From NCBI GenBank assembly GCA_036676395.1, contig JAKFCY010000003.1:224001-288000 (forward strand): 64,000 bases of DNA, read 5' to 3'. This DNA is from Bdellovibrio sp. (GTDB lineage: Bacteria; Bdellovibrionota; Bdellovibrionia; Bdellovibrionales; Bdellovibrionaceae). Made by a program: the position numbers and the translations under genes. The notes below the pieces were generated by a model. That model was not told where the DNA came from. It was given only the letters and a program-made list of their open reading frames with translations, and did not search any database. Shown piece by piece: positions 17,624 through 28,585 of this stretch (within the stretch, counting starts at the first letter, position 1; the number at the start of each line of letters is the position of its first letter).

Positions 17624-19665
17624 ATGTAGTTAAAGTCGCAGTCGATGCGCCTTTACTAGATCCTTTAACCTATTTGCAAAACCCTGAGTTTACTGTTTCG
17701 CGCGGTGATATTGTTAATGTCACTCTCGGAAACAGAAAAATAAAAGGCTTTGTATTATCCGCATTTACAACAACCCAGGAAGACATCAATAAAGAATTCG
17801 GCAAAGAAATTAAACTTAAAGCCGTAGTTTCTATTGATGAAGACTCGATTAAGCTTAAAGATCCTTATTTAACCTGGCTTGAATGGGTGGCTGATTATTA
17901 TATTCATCCTATCGGGCAAGTAATTCAGTTAGCTTTTCCTCCACTCGGAAAACAAACTAAAGCACGCGCTTCGAAACGCCCGCCGGTGATCCCAAATCTT
18001 GCGCCAAAACCAAAACCAGAATTAACACCTGAACAAAAAAAGTGTGTTGATGGCATTAGTCTTAATAACGGCTTTCGCACGCATCTGGTTCACGGAGTTA
18101 CTGGATCTGGAAAAACTGAAATTTACTTGCGACTTTTTGAACAGTGTTTAGAAAAAAAACAAAAAGGTTTATTTCTATTGCCAGAAATTTCTTTAACACC
18201 GCAATTAGTGAATCGTTTTGTTGAACGTTTTGGTGATCAAGTTGCCGTACTTCATTCACAATTAACTGATCGAGAACGCACCAACCAGTGGTGGGAAATC
18301 ATTCATGGTGAAAAAAGTATTCTGATCGGCGCACGCTCTGCGCTTTTTTGTCCGGTCGAAAATATTGGTTTAATTGTTGTCGATGAAGAACATGAAACCA
18401 GCTTTAAACAAGATGAAAAATTAAAATACAATGGCCGCGATTGCGCAATTATGCTGGCAAAACACAATGCCTGCGCGGTGATCCTGGGTTCGGCTACACC
18501 AAGTCTAGAATCTTGGAAGAACGCCATCGAAAATAAATATCAATTGCATTCACTAGTATCTCGCGTTGAAGATCGTCCGCTACCAGGCATTACTATTGCG
18601 GATATGCGTTTAGAAAAAGAAAACATGGATCGTTCGATTATGACGCCGTTTTGGTTATCTAAAGAACTTTTTGAAAAAATTAAAATTTCTTTAGCTAACA
18701 AAGAACAAGTGGCTTTGCTGTTGAATCGTCGTGGTATGGCCCAAGTTGTGTTCTGTCAAAAGTGTGGTTATACCGCAGACTGTCCGAATTGCGATATCAG
18801 TTTAACATTACATGCGCGCCATCACTTAGTTTGTCATTACTGCGATTATCATCAAAATTTTGAAGTGAAGTGTCCTGACTGCGCTGAGGGTGAATTATCT
18901 CCTCTTGGGCTTGGCACTGAACGCGTGGAAGAAGATTTAAAAACGCTATTTCCAGATAAAGTGATTGCCCGCGCTGATCGCGACGAAATCACTAACCGTG
19001 TTGAGATGGAAGAGCTCATCAACAACATGGAAAACGGTGAAATCGATATTTTGATCGGCACGCAAATGATCGCCAAGGGCTTAGATTTTCCAAAGTTAAA
19101 ACTTGTGGGTTTGCTGTTAGCTGATGTGGGATTTAATCTTCCTGATTTTAGATCGAGTGAAAAAAGTTTTCAGTTAATCACGCAGATGTCAGGCCGTGCT
19201 GGTCGTCACGTCACCGGAGATGAGTCGCCGGGGTCTGTAGTTATTCAGGCTTACAATACCGAGCATGAATCATTAATGTTCGCACAAAAACATGATTACG
19301 TCGGGTTTGCTGAACATGAACTTTTAAATCGTTCACCGTTAAATTATCCTCCTTATCAAAAAATGTTGTCTTTTCGAATTCAGTCTATGGATCAAGAAAA
19401 ATCACAAACGACAGCAAAATATATTTTAGCGCGGGCGCAAGCACTGAAAGAAAAATATCCCCAGTTTTATTCACAAATCGAAGTCCTTGGTCCAGCTGCT
19501 TCACCGCTAGCGCGAATAAAGAACCAATACAGATATCATTTGATTTTAAAAGGGTCTAAAGCCGTCGAATTAAACCAACTTGCGCGCCAAATTATTTCAG
19601 ATGAAAAATGGATTCCTAGCCAAGTGAAGGTCCTGATCGATGTTGACCCCATGAGCCTATTGTAA
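17620..19665 (+). CDS. priA: Primosomal protein N' (replication restart helicase)
   Basis: GVTGSGKT, DEEH, four CxxC pairs, GTQMIAKGLDFP, QMSGRAGR. Confidence 0.97.
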   Translation: MNVVKVAVDAPLLDPLTYLQNPEFTVSRGDIVNVTLGNRKIKGFVLSAFTTTQEDINKEFGKEIKLKAVVSIDEDSIKLKDPYLTWLEWVADYYIHPIGQVIQLAFPPLGKQTKARASKRPPVIPNLAPKPKPELTPEQKKCVDGISLNNGFRTHLVHGVTGSGKTEIYLRLFEQCLEKKQKGLFLLPEISLTPQLVNRFVERFGDQVAVLHSQLTDRERTNQWWEIIHGEKSILIGARSALFCPVENIGLIVVDEEHETSFKQDEKLKYNGRDCAIMLAKHNACAVILGSATPSLESWKNAIENKYQLHSLVSRVEDRPLPGITIADMRLEKENMDRSIMTPFWLSKELFEKIKISLANKEQVALLLNRRGMAQVVFCQKCGYTADCPNCDISLTLHARHHLVCHYCDYHQNFEVKCPDCAEGELSPLGLGTERVEEDLKTLFPDKVIARADRDEITNRVEMEELINNMENGEIDILIGTQMIAKGLDFPKLKLVGLLLADVGFNLPDFRSSEKSFQLITQMSGRAGRHVTGDESPGSVVIQAYNTEHESLMFAQKHDYVGFAEHELLNRSPLNYPPYQKMLSFRIQSMDQEKSQTTAKYILARAQALKEKYPQFYSQIEVLGPAASPLARIKNQYRYHLILKGSKAVELNQLARQIISDEKWIPSQVKVLIDVDPMSLL

Positions 19666-19677
19666 AATAATTAAGAT

Positions 19678-20373
19678 GTGAGTGATAACAAGCGCAATCC
19701 AAATTCAAAACTTTCGCTGATTGAAAAAGCCGAACTGGATCGCAAATCCAAAATGTGGGATATGCGTATGGCATTTATTCAACGTGGTCACCGCGCTATG
19801 CAAGTTAAACAATACGGCGAAGCTGCCATTAATTATGAAAAATACGTTCGCACGTTAGAATTAGTTTTTAATGTACCCCCCGGAAATTTAACTCCCGAAG
19901 TTTTCAAAGAATCATCACGAACCTCTGAAATGTCGATCTTGGCCGGAGCTTACTGGGATTTAATTCGTATTTACGATACCAGTCCACAATACGGCGACCG
20001 CCAGGCCAAATGCGCAGCCCAATTAGCGAAATTTGCACCGGTAACTCCGATTTACAACGACATTGTAAAACAAGCCCAAGAATTTAGTAAAAACGCCCGT
20101 CATCCAGAACGCGTAAAAATCTTTTTAGCAGCGGTCGGAAAATCTTCGCGCTGCTTTATTGCAAGCTCAGCGTACCAGTCTCCTACTCACACTGATGTTA
20201 TGATCCTACGCAATTACCGTGATTCTGTTCTAAAACAGTCATTTTTAGGCAGAAAATTTATTTATTTCTACTACCGCTGCTCCCCAAAAGTGGCCTGCAT
20301 TCTTGATCAGCACGAGTACCTGAAAGCCCCAACCCGCTGGGCTTTAAAGCTTGTGATCAATTGCGTTAGATAA
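19678..20373 (+). CDS. CFI-box-CTERM domain protein with helical N-terminus
   Basis: CFIASSAY...LRNYRD..L..SFLGRKFIYFYYRCSP at C-terminus. Confidence 0.75.
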   Translation: MSDNKRNPNSKLSLIEKAELDRKSKMWDMRMAFIQRGHRAMQVKQYGEAAINYEKYVRTLELVFNVPPGNLTPEVFKESSRTSEMSILAGAYWDLIRIYDTSPQYGDRQAKCAAQLAKFAPVTPIYNDIVKQAQEFSKNARHPERVKIFLAAVGKSSRCFIASSAYQSPTHTDVMILRNYRDSVLKQSFLGRKFIYFYYRCSPKVACILDQHEYLKAPTRWALKLVINCVR

Positions 20374-20438
20374 AAAAAGAAATCACCGTATACCGCTTTT
20401 TAGTTGCATCAAATCGAAACTTTTTTGATCGTAGTAGT

Positions 20439-21626
20439 ATGCACATCTACGATTATATCATCATTGGAAGCGGCTTAACCGGCCAAACAATTGCAACTCA
20501 GTTATCTCAAGAAACACAAAACGTGTTGTTGATCGAAGCCGAAGCTTTCACCGGCGGGTCAAATCGCCAAGCACACCTTAGCGGAAACATCCTTGATTCA
20601 GGTTTACGTTTTTTACCAGCAACAGAACTTTCAATTAAAGCGGTGCAAAACTTAGAAAATCTTTTAGGTATGAAATTAATTAAATCTGAAATTGAAAACC
20701 ACCCAGAAACTTACGATGCTTCTGGTTTTAAAGCGTTTGTTGGTTTTGGCGATAAGTCTCCGGCCTTCTATGATCAGTTTTCGTATTTTTTAAATCCTAA
20801 AGAATTAGAATTAACGTTACCGATTCACCAAATTATGGATTTACTAAAAGCTAAATACCAGGGTGAAACACTACTTCGTTCACACGTGACTAAATTTGGT
20901 TTCGAAGAACAAGAAGAAGGCTCGAAAGCAGATCCGCATTTAACTCACGTGATTGTGAATGGATCTAAAACTTATTACGCTAATAATTTTATCTTTGCCG
21001 GACCAGTTCGCGATCTAGCTTTAATTGTGCCTGACGAAGTTTTAAATATTCGTGCAAAAGCTAAACTTAAAAAAGACACCTATTGGATGGCTTTATGTTT
21101 AGATTTATTTCACCAGGATTTAACAGTCGATAAAACTAATTTATTCGTTCTTGATGGAACAACTGATGATGGCATTGGCCCATGTATCGGCCGTTTTTTA
21201 CCGGCAGTTGCTGCTGATGTGTCACCGACACAAAAAGCTCAGCAAGTTTCGCAATGGTTAAGCTTTATTGATTATTCAACAGCTGAAGAAACTGAAAACA
21301 TCGGTGAAGTGTTAAAGAAAATGAAACGCCAGATTAAGCGTGCTTTTCCTGAAATGAGCGAAGCAGTTAAGGCTGAAAGAATTTTCATGAGCCCACCGTT
21401 ATCAGGTGGCGAATTAAAATTGAACGCGAACGGCACTTTACATAAAGTGAAAAACCTTTGGATTGCTTCAGCACAAATGAGCAAGTATCCAAATCTTTTA
21501 GGTTCATTAACTCAATCACAAATGACTTTAGCAGCTTTAGGTTTCGGCGAATTTACGATGGCGCATGCTGAATTTGCTGAAGATGAACAAGCACAAACAG
21601 AAATGCATACAGAGGCGGAGTTATAA
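20439..21626 (+). CDS. FAD/NAD(P)-binding oxidoreductase
   Basis: YDYIIIGSGLTG..LLIEA..TGG Rossmann motif. Confidence 0.8.
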   Translation: MHIYDYIIIGSGLTGQTIATQLSQETQNVLLIEAEAFTGGSNRQAHLSGNILDSGLRFLPATELSIKAVQNLENLLGMKLIKSEIENHPETYDASGFKAFVGFGDKSPAFYDQFSYFLNPKELELTLPIHQIMDLLKAKYQGETLLRSHVTKFGFEEQEEGSKADPHLTHVIVNGSKTYYANNFIFAGPVRDLALIVPDEVLNIRAKAKLKKDTYWMALCLDLFHQDLTVDKTNLFVLDGTTDDGIGPCIGRFLPAVAADVSPTQKAQQVSQWLSFIDYSTAEETENIGEVLKKMKRQIKRAFPEMSEAVKAERIFMSPPLSGGELKLNANGTLHKVKNLWIASAQMSKYPNLLGSLTQSQMTLAALGFGEFTMAHAEFAEDEQAQTEMHTEAEL

Positions 21627-21982
21627 ACACACTTATTCAAGCCCTAGTATTACTAATCGCCTCTTTGCACATTTATTTTCTAGTTCTTGAAATGTTTATG
21701 TGGACTAAGCCATTAGGTCTTAAAACCTTCCGCTTAACGCCAGAATTCGCTCAAGCATCAAAAGGTCTGGCTGCCAACCAAGGTCTTTATAACGGCTTTT
21801 TAGCAGCAGGATTATTGTGGGCATTTTTTCACCCACAACCAGAAATCGCTCAGCAATTAAGATTATTTTTCTTAGGCTGTGTGATCGTAGCCGGCGCATA
21901 CGGCGCAGCTACTGTTGCAAAAAAGATTTTCTTTGTTCAAGCCATGCCAGCGATCATCGCTACTATTTTTTGTCTGATCTAA
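21623..21982 (+). CDS. DUF1304 family membrane protein (apparent ATA start)
   Basis: LHIYFLVLEMFMW and LAANQGLYNGFLAAG motifs; first TM extends back to an in-frame ATA at 21623. Confidence 0.8.
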   Translation: MNTLIQALVLLIASLHIYFLVLEMFMWTKPLGLKTFRLTPEFAQASKGLAANQGLYNGFLAAGLLWAFFHPQPEIAQQLRLFFLGCVIVAGAYGAATVAKKIFFVQAMPAIIATIFCLI

Positions 21983-23474
21983 AAGCTTCATCAAGCACGC
22001 GACCGCTAGCTTTGGCTGGCGGCAATACTCCTGAAATAAATGATAACGTCGGCGCAATATCTACGATTTTAGAACCGGCGTAAACTCCCGCAGAAAACCA
22101 TTTTGGCCCCCACATGATTACCGGCACTGAATTATCATAACTCCAGTTGGTCATGTGATTAACTGTAGCCCCAGTTTTTTGCGCAAAGAATGGTTCAGGA
22201 ATTAACATTAAATCCCCGGCTACATCAGCCACAAAACTATTTTCAACGGGAAAACGTAAATCAAAATAAGGAATTTGTGATTTTAAAACTTGTTCGCGGG
22301 TGATTACTTTATAAATTCCCGGAAGCTGCTCGAAAACTTCTTTCGCGATATCTTGTGCTTTCGCCGGATCAATATTTTTCTCGACCAATCGAGTGCGGTT
22401 TAAATAAACATGAGACGCAAAAACACCTTCAATCCAACCGTCTTTGCCGCTTGAACCTAATTCTTTAGTTAATTTTTCATTTGCTTGTTTAATCGCACTT
22501 AAAAAATCAAGTTCACCTGTTGCGATCTTGCCTCGTAATAATTCAGGAGCTGGCGGAATACCATGATCGGCTGTTAATACGACAACAGTTTTATCTAAAA
22601 GATTTTTTTCTTTTAATGCCTTAAATAATTTAGCGAGCATTTTATCTTCTAATAAAGTCAGCTTTTTTAAATTCGCAGAATCAGGCCCTTCTTTATGCCC
22701 CAGAATATCGTGATTAGACATACTGACACCTAAAATATCTGGGCCGTTGGTGTTTCGTTGTCCAAGCTTTTCTTCAGTTAAAGCCGTGATTGCGATTTCC
22801 ATCGTTGCTTCCGTTCCACGAATGGCGGCTTCAATATTTTTCGCTTCTAAATCTCCGTGTGTCTTTTGTTTGGCATTGATTTTATCTAACCAAGCAGGAG
22901 TTTTACCACCGTTATAATATTTAGTTGTGCTCCACGCATTCGGTTTATCTTCATACCACAAAGCCATGTCTGCTCTGTGCCCACCAAGAAAAATCGCTGA
23001 ACGATCTTTTAACGAAACAGTAAAAACTTTGCTATCAGGATAAATATTTTTTACTTCATCACCATATGTAGTGGTTTTTAATCTGCGCGGAGAAAAACCA
23101 AACTCTTCATCATCAGCACAGTACGCACGTTTTTTATTTTTAATGTCATACCATTCATTAATTTGAATGCTCGTTTGCGCCGGATACGCTCCTGATAAAA
23201 TCATGGCATGCCCCGGACACGTCATCGCTTGTAGAATCCCGTAAGTGCTTTGCGCGAAATAGGCACCCGTGCTCATCATATGATTAAAACCCAGAGATGA
23301 TGCCGGCATAAAATCTTTTTGATAGCGAGTTAGAAAGTCAGAACGGAATTGGTCGATCACTACAACCACCACTAATTTGGGCTTTTGTTTGTAAGTTTCA
23401 AAGTTAAGGCTTTTGGCTGAAACTGAAGACAAAACTAACATGACACATAATTTGATAAACAAAGTCATTTTCAT
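21963..23474 (-). CDS. Alkaline phosphatase family protein (PafA-like)
   Basis: VVIDQFRSD, TCPGHA, SLKDRSAI..GGH, TADHG motifs; signal peptide. Confidence 0.9.
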   Translation of the reverse strand: MKMTLFIKLCVMLVLSSVSAKSLNFETYKQKPKLVVVVVIDQFRSDFLTRYQKDFMPASSLGFNHMMSTGAYFAQSTYGILQAMTCPGHAMILSGAYPAQTSIQINEWYDIKNKKRAYCADDEEFGFSPRRLKTTTYGDEVKNIYPDSKVFTVSLKDRSAIFLGGHRADMALWYEDKPNAWSTTKYYNGGKTPAWLDKINAKQKTHGDLEAKNIEAAIRGTEATMEIAITALTEEKLGQRNTNGPDILGVSMSNHDILGHKEGPDSANLKKLTLLEDKMLAKLFKALKEKNLLDKTVVVLTADHGIPPAPELLRGKIATGELDFLSAIKQANEKLTKELGSSGKDGWIEGVFASHVYLNRTRLVEKNIDPAKAQDIAKEVFEQLPGIYKVITREQVLKSQIPYFDLRFPVENSFVADVAGDLMLIPEPFFAQKTGATVNHMTNWSYDNSVPVIMWGPKWFSAGVYAGSKIVDIAPTLSFISGVLPPAKASGRVLDEAFRSDKK

Positions 23475-23533
23475 AGACCTACATCTTGAACGCTTTATCT
23501 ATTAATTTCAATAACTTAGTCTATCGCTATACA

Positions 23534-23647
23534 CGTCTTATTATCGAACCAGTGGGTAAATCTCAAATTTCCACGAAAAATATTCGCGCCTCTGCTGAAA
23601 AAATTATGAAAAAGCACGATTCCACATTTAGAAAGCTGACAAAGTGA
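23534..23647 (+). pseudogene. Possible remnant of AbrB/MazE-type antitoxin C-terminus
   Basis: RLIIEPVGKSQISTKNIRASAEKIMKKHDSTFRKLTK* with no recognisable N-terminal GNS motif. Confidence 0.35.
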
Positions 23648-23761
23648 TACCTTTCGAACCAACAGATCTGGCTATGCTCTTTCAAAAAATTAACGATTTG
23701 ATAAAATGTTCAACACAAAGCCTGCGCTTTCGAGACAGGCTTCATATCGAAAACAAGAGGT

Positions 23762-24268
23762 TTATTTACAGGTAATGTAGTCGAATACATAAGTTGCGCC
23801 GGAGTCACGCCAACCTTGGATTCGATGCCTCTTAAACAAATTCTCCAAGCCGTTTGCTATTGTTAAATCTTTTGTGATCTTGGATTTGAAGATTTTAATA
23901 TTATCGATGCCCTTGTATAAATCAACTACAGGTGCCCCTACTTCAGATGAGGTGACACTGTAAGAATTAATGTACGACTTTCCAATACCAGAATGACCCA
24001 TTAACCTACAAAACTGAAGCGCTGCAGGTGAGATGGCGTCATGTTCATAGCTATTACGTTCTGATGCTAAAACTTTCAGTGGCATTTTGCCGACTCTGTA
24101 GGTGACGTTCTCACGGTCTGATTCGATAACAGCAAAATTTCTGACTACCTCAACATATTCGGCAGGTGAAATAGTATTTTCGTCTACATTTGCAACCGAT
24201 CGGGAACCGGTATTTGTAGATGCACAACCTACAGTAAGAAAAAAACTTATTATAACTAAATATTTCAT
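23762..24268 (-). CDS. Putative lipoprotein
   Basis: SD AAGGAG, LTVGC lipobox. Confidence 0.8.
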   Translation of the reverse strand: MKYLVIISFFLTVGCASTNTGSRSVANVDENTISPAEYVEVVRNFAVIESDRENVTYRVGKMPLKVLASERNSYEHDAISPAALQFCRLMGHSGIGKSYINSYSVTSSEVGAPVVDLYKGIDNIKIFKSKITKDLTIANGLENLFKRHRIQGWRDSGATYVFDYITCK

Positions 24269-24451
24269 ATAACTCCTTATTTATTTGCTAAGTTTACCCC
24301 CCCTACGGAAAATCATAGTCCAATTTTTTGTGAACAAGACATAATGGTTTTGACACAGGCCCTAAGCCTTCATGGCATTCCAAAACTATTAGTTTAATAC
24401 GCGCTTGGCTTTTTTTTAGTTTTAAGATAAAAAAATGCAGCAGGAATTCAT

Positions 24452-24703
24452 ATGAAAACATTATTTATACTAGCGATACTTTGTTCTACATCAACTATGG
24501 CAGAAACAATGATAGTCGTTGAAGGTCGTGGAAGAAATTGGGGCAACATAGCCGAGGATGATGCCAAAAATAATGCACTTCAATTGGCTAAAGAAAAATG
24601 TAATGGAGAAGCCGAGCAAATTGGTGAATGGGATGTTCAAATCCTAAACCGTAAAGAAGGAATGTTTTACGTTTCAGCAATATCACAATTTAAATGTCTT
24701 TAG
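24452..24703 (+). CDS. Small secreted protein
   Basis: SD AGGA, signal peptide, two mature Cys. Confidence 0.7.
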   Translation: MKTLFILAILCSTSTMAETMIVVEGRGRNWGNIAEDDAKNNALQLAKEKCNGEAEQIGEWDVQILNRKEGMFYVSAISQFKCL

Positions 24704-24722
24704 AATCAGGCTCTGGTCCATT

Positions 24723-25502
24723 TTACTTCACGCCTTTTTTATTTACTGACCGAGAACTTTCTGTATGGACTGAATTAGTCATCTTCAGTACACGCTGAGG
24801 TCCCATAGGGGTGTTCATAGTCGCATACCACTCATCAGGACCGCAATTATCCAAAGAGCTAATAGCGATCTGCATGGTATTGCCTACTCCTGATTCAACA
24901 AAGAGCTTTTGTTCAGCCATGAGACTCATAGCACGTTGATTTAAAGCAGCCGATGCTTTTACTAATAAATCATGACACTGATCAAAAGAAGCTTTGCCCA
25001 TTTCTTTCATGAGGCCAGAAACTGACTCGCAGTATTTGCTATCTTGATTAACCACCTCAGTCGGTTTTTCAGAATTATTTTTCATCAGTGTAGAAAACTG
25101 CTCTAAGCTGCATGTACCAGAGTCGTTGCGTTTCACAGTGGCTTTTTGGCCGAGCATCCCCGGCGGCGAAGCCTTCGCATCAGTCATATAGTTTACAACA
25201 TAGCCCTCGTCGTTCGTCAGGAACCGCACGGTTTCCTTTATCTCTGTGATAACGCCGTTGATAGGAATTTGTCGGTTAAAAGTAACGACGACTTCCTTAC
25301 CTTCCGTTTTGAAAGATCTGATTCGACTCGAAGATTTATTCAACTCAGCTTTTCCATTTTTGATAGTAAGAATTTGATCAAATCCACCCATCCCAAAGTT
25401 TGCATTTGCAATCAAAGAGTTACCCAGAGAGTCACAATCTGCGGCAGGCATTGCAGCCGATACGAAAGGGTAAATTAAGAATAACGCCAATAAATGCTTC
25501 AT
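24723..25502 (-). CDS. Secreted hypothetical protein
   Basis: MKHLLALFLIYPFVSAA signal peptide (start likely 25502). Confidence 0.75.
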   Translation of the reverse strand: MKHLLALFLIYPFVSAAMPAADCDSLGNSLIANANFGMGGFDQILTIKNGKAELNKSSSRIRSFKTEGKEVVVTFNRQIPINGVITEIKETVRFLTNDEGYVVNYMTDAKASPPGMLGQKATVKRNDSGTCSLEQFSTLMKNNSEKPTEVVNQDSKYCESVSGLMKEMGKASFDQCHDLLVKASAALNQRAMSLMAEQKLFVESGVGNTMQIAISSLDNCGPDEWYATMNTPMGPQRVLKMTNSVHTESSRSVNKKGVK

Positions 25503-25647
25503 AAGTAGGTTCTCCAACAATGTTTATGATATCAGAAGAACGAGGAGTGATCTCCAGGTTTATGAAGATCGCGACCTGGCCACAACCCCCAAACAATTTT
25601 ATCTCCGCCAAACACCCCTAAAAAGGCCAATTTTCATAACTCAAGGC

Positions 25648-25676
25648 TTGCCTAACACATCTCGGTTTGCTATCTC
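25648..25676 (+). promoter_or_regulatory. Sigma70 promoter of rpsB operon
   Basis: TTGCCT-N17-TATCTC with TG at the extended -10 position. Confidence 0.55.
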
Positions 25677-25683
25677 TGATCCT

Positions 25684-25793
25684 CACTAAAACACACGGGA
25701 TGGTAATACCTGGTCTGATGCTTAAATTGGTTGCATCGGAAACTCTCGCTGGAGATCAAACTTCAGCAAGCTCTGCCCCCCGGAGGCTTAACC
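25684..25793 (+). promoter_or_regulatory. rpsB (S2) autoregulatory leader
   Basis: Begins ACACACGGG and ends CCCGGAGGCTTAACC, like the conserved ends of proteobacterial rpsB leaders. Confidence 0.6.
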
Positions 25794-25814
25794 AGAAAAA
25801 AAGGAAGTAATCAC

Positions 25815-26753
25815 ATGGCACAAGTTACCATGAAAGAAATGTTAGACGCTGGCGTACACTTTGGTCACCAAACACAACGCTGGAACCCAAAAATGAAACC
25901 GTATGTATACACTGCACGCGGCGGAATCCACATCATCGACTTACAAAAAACTGTAGTTCGTGCAAACCAAGCTGCTGAATTCGTAAAAGAAATCGCATCT
26001 CAAGGTGGAACAATGATTATGGTTGGTACTAAAAAGCAAGCTATCGAACCTGTTCAAGAAGCTGCTAAAAAATCTGGTCAATATTTCGTAACTAAACGTT
26101 GGTTAGGCGGAATGTTAACAAATTTCGAAACGATCAAAGCTTCTATCGATCGTTTACGTAAAATCGACAAAATGAAAGAATCAGGCGATTTCAATTTATT
26201 AACTAAAAAAGAGCGCGCTGGTTTAGATAACGAATACATCCGTTTAACTGAATACTTAGAAGGTATCCGCGACATGAAAACGCTTCCAGCGGTTATGTTC
26301 GTAGTTGATCTTCCTAAAGAACACATCGCGGTTCTTGAAGCGAAAAAATTAGGTATCAAAGTTGTAGCTATTGCAGATACAAACTCTGATCCTGAATTAG
26401 TTGATTACCCAATTCCAGGTAACGACGATGCTATCCGTTCTATCAAATTATTCTCTAACTTAGTTGCGGATGCTTTCATGGAAGGCGCTAAAGTTTGGGA
26501 ACAAAAAGCTCGCACTATGACTGACAAAGCTTCTGACAACAAACCTGAAGCAGCTACTGAGACTAAACGCACGGCTCCTCGCACTCCAGGTGCTAAAGGC
26601 GACGCGAAACCTGCGGCTCCTGCAGCTAAACCTGCTGGTCCACAAGTTGTTAAGTCAGCAAAATCTCGTAAATTAGTTGCTGCAGGAACTGCAGACCTAG
26701 TTGAGATCGAAGCAGAATTAAACGAAGAGAAAAAGGATGATTCAGCTGAGTAA
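25815..26753 (+). CDS. rpsB: 30S ribosomal protein S2 with C-terminal extension
   Basis: AGVHFGHQTQRWNPKM, RWLGGMLTN, PGNDDAIRS; ATG at 25815 after SD AAGGA. Confidence 0.98.
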   Translation: MAQVTMKEMLDAGVHFGHQTQRWNPKMKPYVYTARGGIHIIDLQKTVVRANQAAEFVKEIASQGGTMIMVGTKKQAIEPVQEAAKKSGQYFVTKRWLGGMLTNFETIKASIDRLRKIDKMKESGDFNLLTKKERAGLDNEYIRLTEYLEGIRDMKTLPAVMFVVDLPKEHIAVLEAKKLGIKVVAIADTNSDPELVDYPIPGNDDAIRSIKLFSNLVADAFMEGAKVWEQKARTMTDKASDNKPEAATETKRTAPRTPGAKGDAKPAAPAAKPAGPQVVKSAKSRKLVAAGTADLVEIEAELNEEKKDDSAE

Positions 26754-26785
26754 TCTCAGTTGAATTCATTAAAGGGAGAACAACC

Positions 26786-27709
26786 ATGTCTATCTCTGCA
26801 TCAATGGTAAAAGAACTGCGCGAAAAAACTAGCGCAGGTATGATGGATTGTAAAAAAGCTTTAGAAGAATCAAAAGGTGATTTTGAAGCTGCTGTTGAGT
26901 GGTTACGCGTAAAAGGTTTATCTGCAGCTGCAAAAAAATCTGATCGCATTGCCGCTGAAGGCACTGTTTCTGCAAAAACTGACGGTAAAACTGCAGTTGT
27001 TGTTGAAATCAATTCTGAAACAGATTTCGTAGCTCGTAATGATGGTTTTAAAGCTTTCGTAGCTGATGTTGTTGATCACGTATTAACAGCGGCTTCTACA
27101 AATGATTTATTAACTCAACCGTTTGCTAAAACTCCAGGTAAAACTGTAGGCGATAAACTTAAAGAAAGTATCGCAACTATCGGTGAAAACTTAGTTATCC
27201 GCCGTACTGAAAAGTACACGACTAACGAAACTGGTTTAGTTCACACATACATCCACGGTGAAGGCAAAATCGGCGTAATGATTGAAGTGCAAACTCCATC
27301 TGCTGCTGTTGCTTCATCTGCTGACGCAAAAACTTTTGCTTCTGACGTTTGTTTACATATCGCTGCGATGAACCCAATGGCTTTATCGTCTTCTGAGATG
27401 TCTCCAGAAACAGTTGCTAAAGAAAAAGAAATTTTAAAACAAAAGAATTTAGAATCAGGCAAAAAACCAGAAATGATCGAAAAAATCGTTGAAGGTCAAA
27501 TCCGTAAATTCTTAGCTGAAAACTGCTTAGTTGATCAACCGTTCGTTAAGAACCCAGATTTAACTATTACTGCTTACTCAAAAGAAGCTGGTAAAAAAGC
27601 GGGTGGCGATCTAACTATCAAACGTTTTGTACGTTTTGAATTAGGCGCTGGTATCGAGAAAAAAGTAAACGACTTCGCAGCTGAAGTTGCTTCAATGCAA
27701 GGGCACTAA
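26786..27709 (+). CDS. tsf: Elongation factor Ts
   Basis: VKELREKTSAGMMDCKKAL, EINSETDFVA. Confidence 0.98.
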   Translation: MSISASMVKELREKTSAGMMDCKKALEESKGDFEAAVEWLRVKGLSAAAKKSDRIAAEGTVSAKTDGKTAVVVEINSETDFVARNDGFKAFVADVVDHVLTAASTNDLLTQPFAKTPGKTVGDKLKESIATIGENLVIRRTEKYTTNETGLVHTYIHGEGKIGVMIEVQTPSAAVASSADAKTFASDVCLHIAAMNPMALSSSEMSPETVAKEKEILKQKNLESGKKPEMIEKIVEGQIRKFLAENCLVDQPFVKNPDLTITAYSKEAGKKAGGDLTIKRFVRFELGAGIEKKVNDFAAEVASMQGH

Positions 27710-27716
27710 GCCTTAG

Positions 27717-28505
<789 letters not shown>

Positions 28506-28585
28506 AGAGTGAATCTAATTTAGTTTATTGTTTAAAATATCAAGTTGAAGCGAAGCTTCACAGGAAAAGAAGAGACGGAGAATTT

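Noticed and set aside
25731..25814. ORF-track N-terminal extensions of rpsB (also frr, mdh, sucC, murU and the DUF1501 gene)
   Set aside because: Downstream ATGs with SD or stop/start overlap match family N-termini; starts were trimmed
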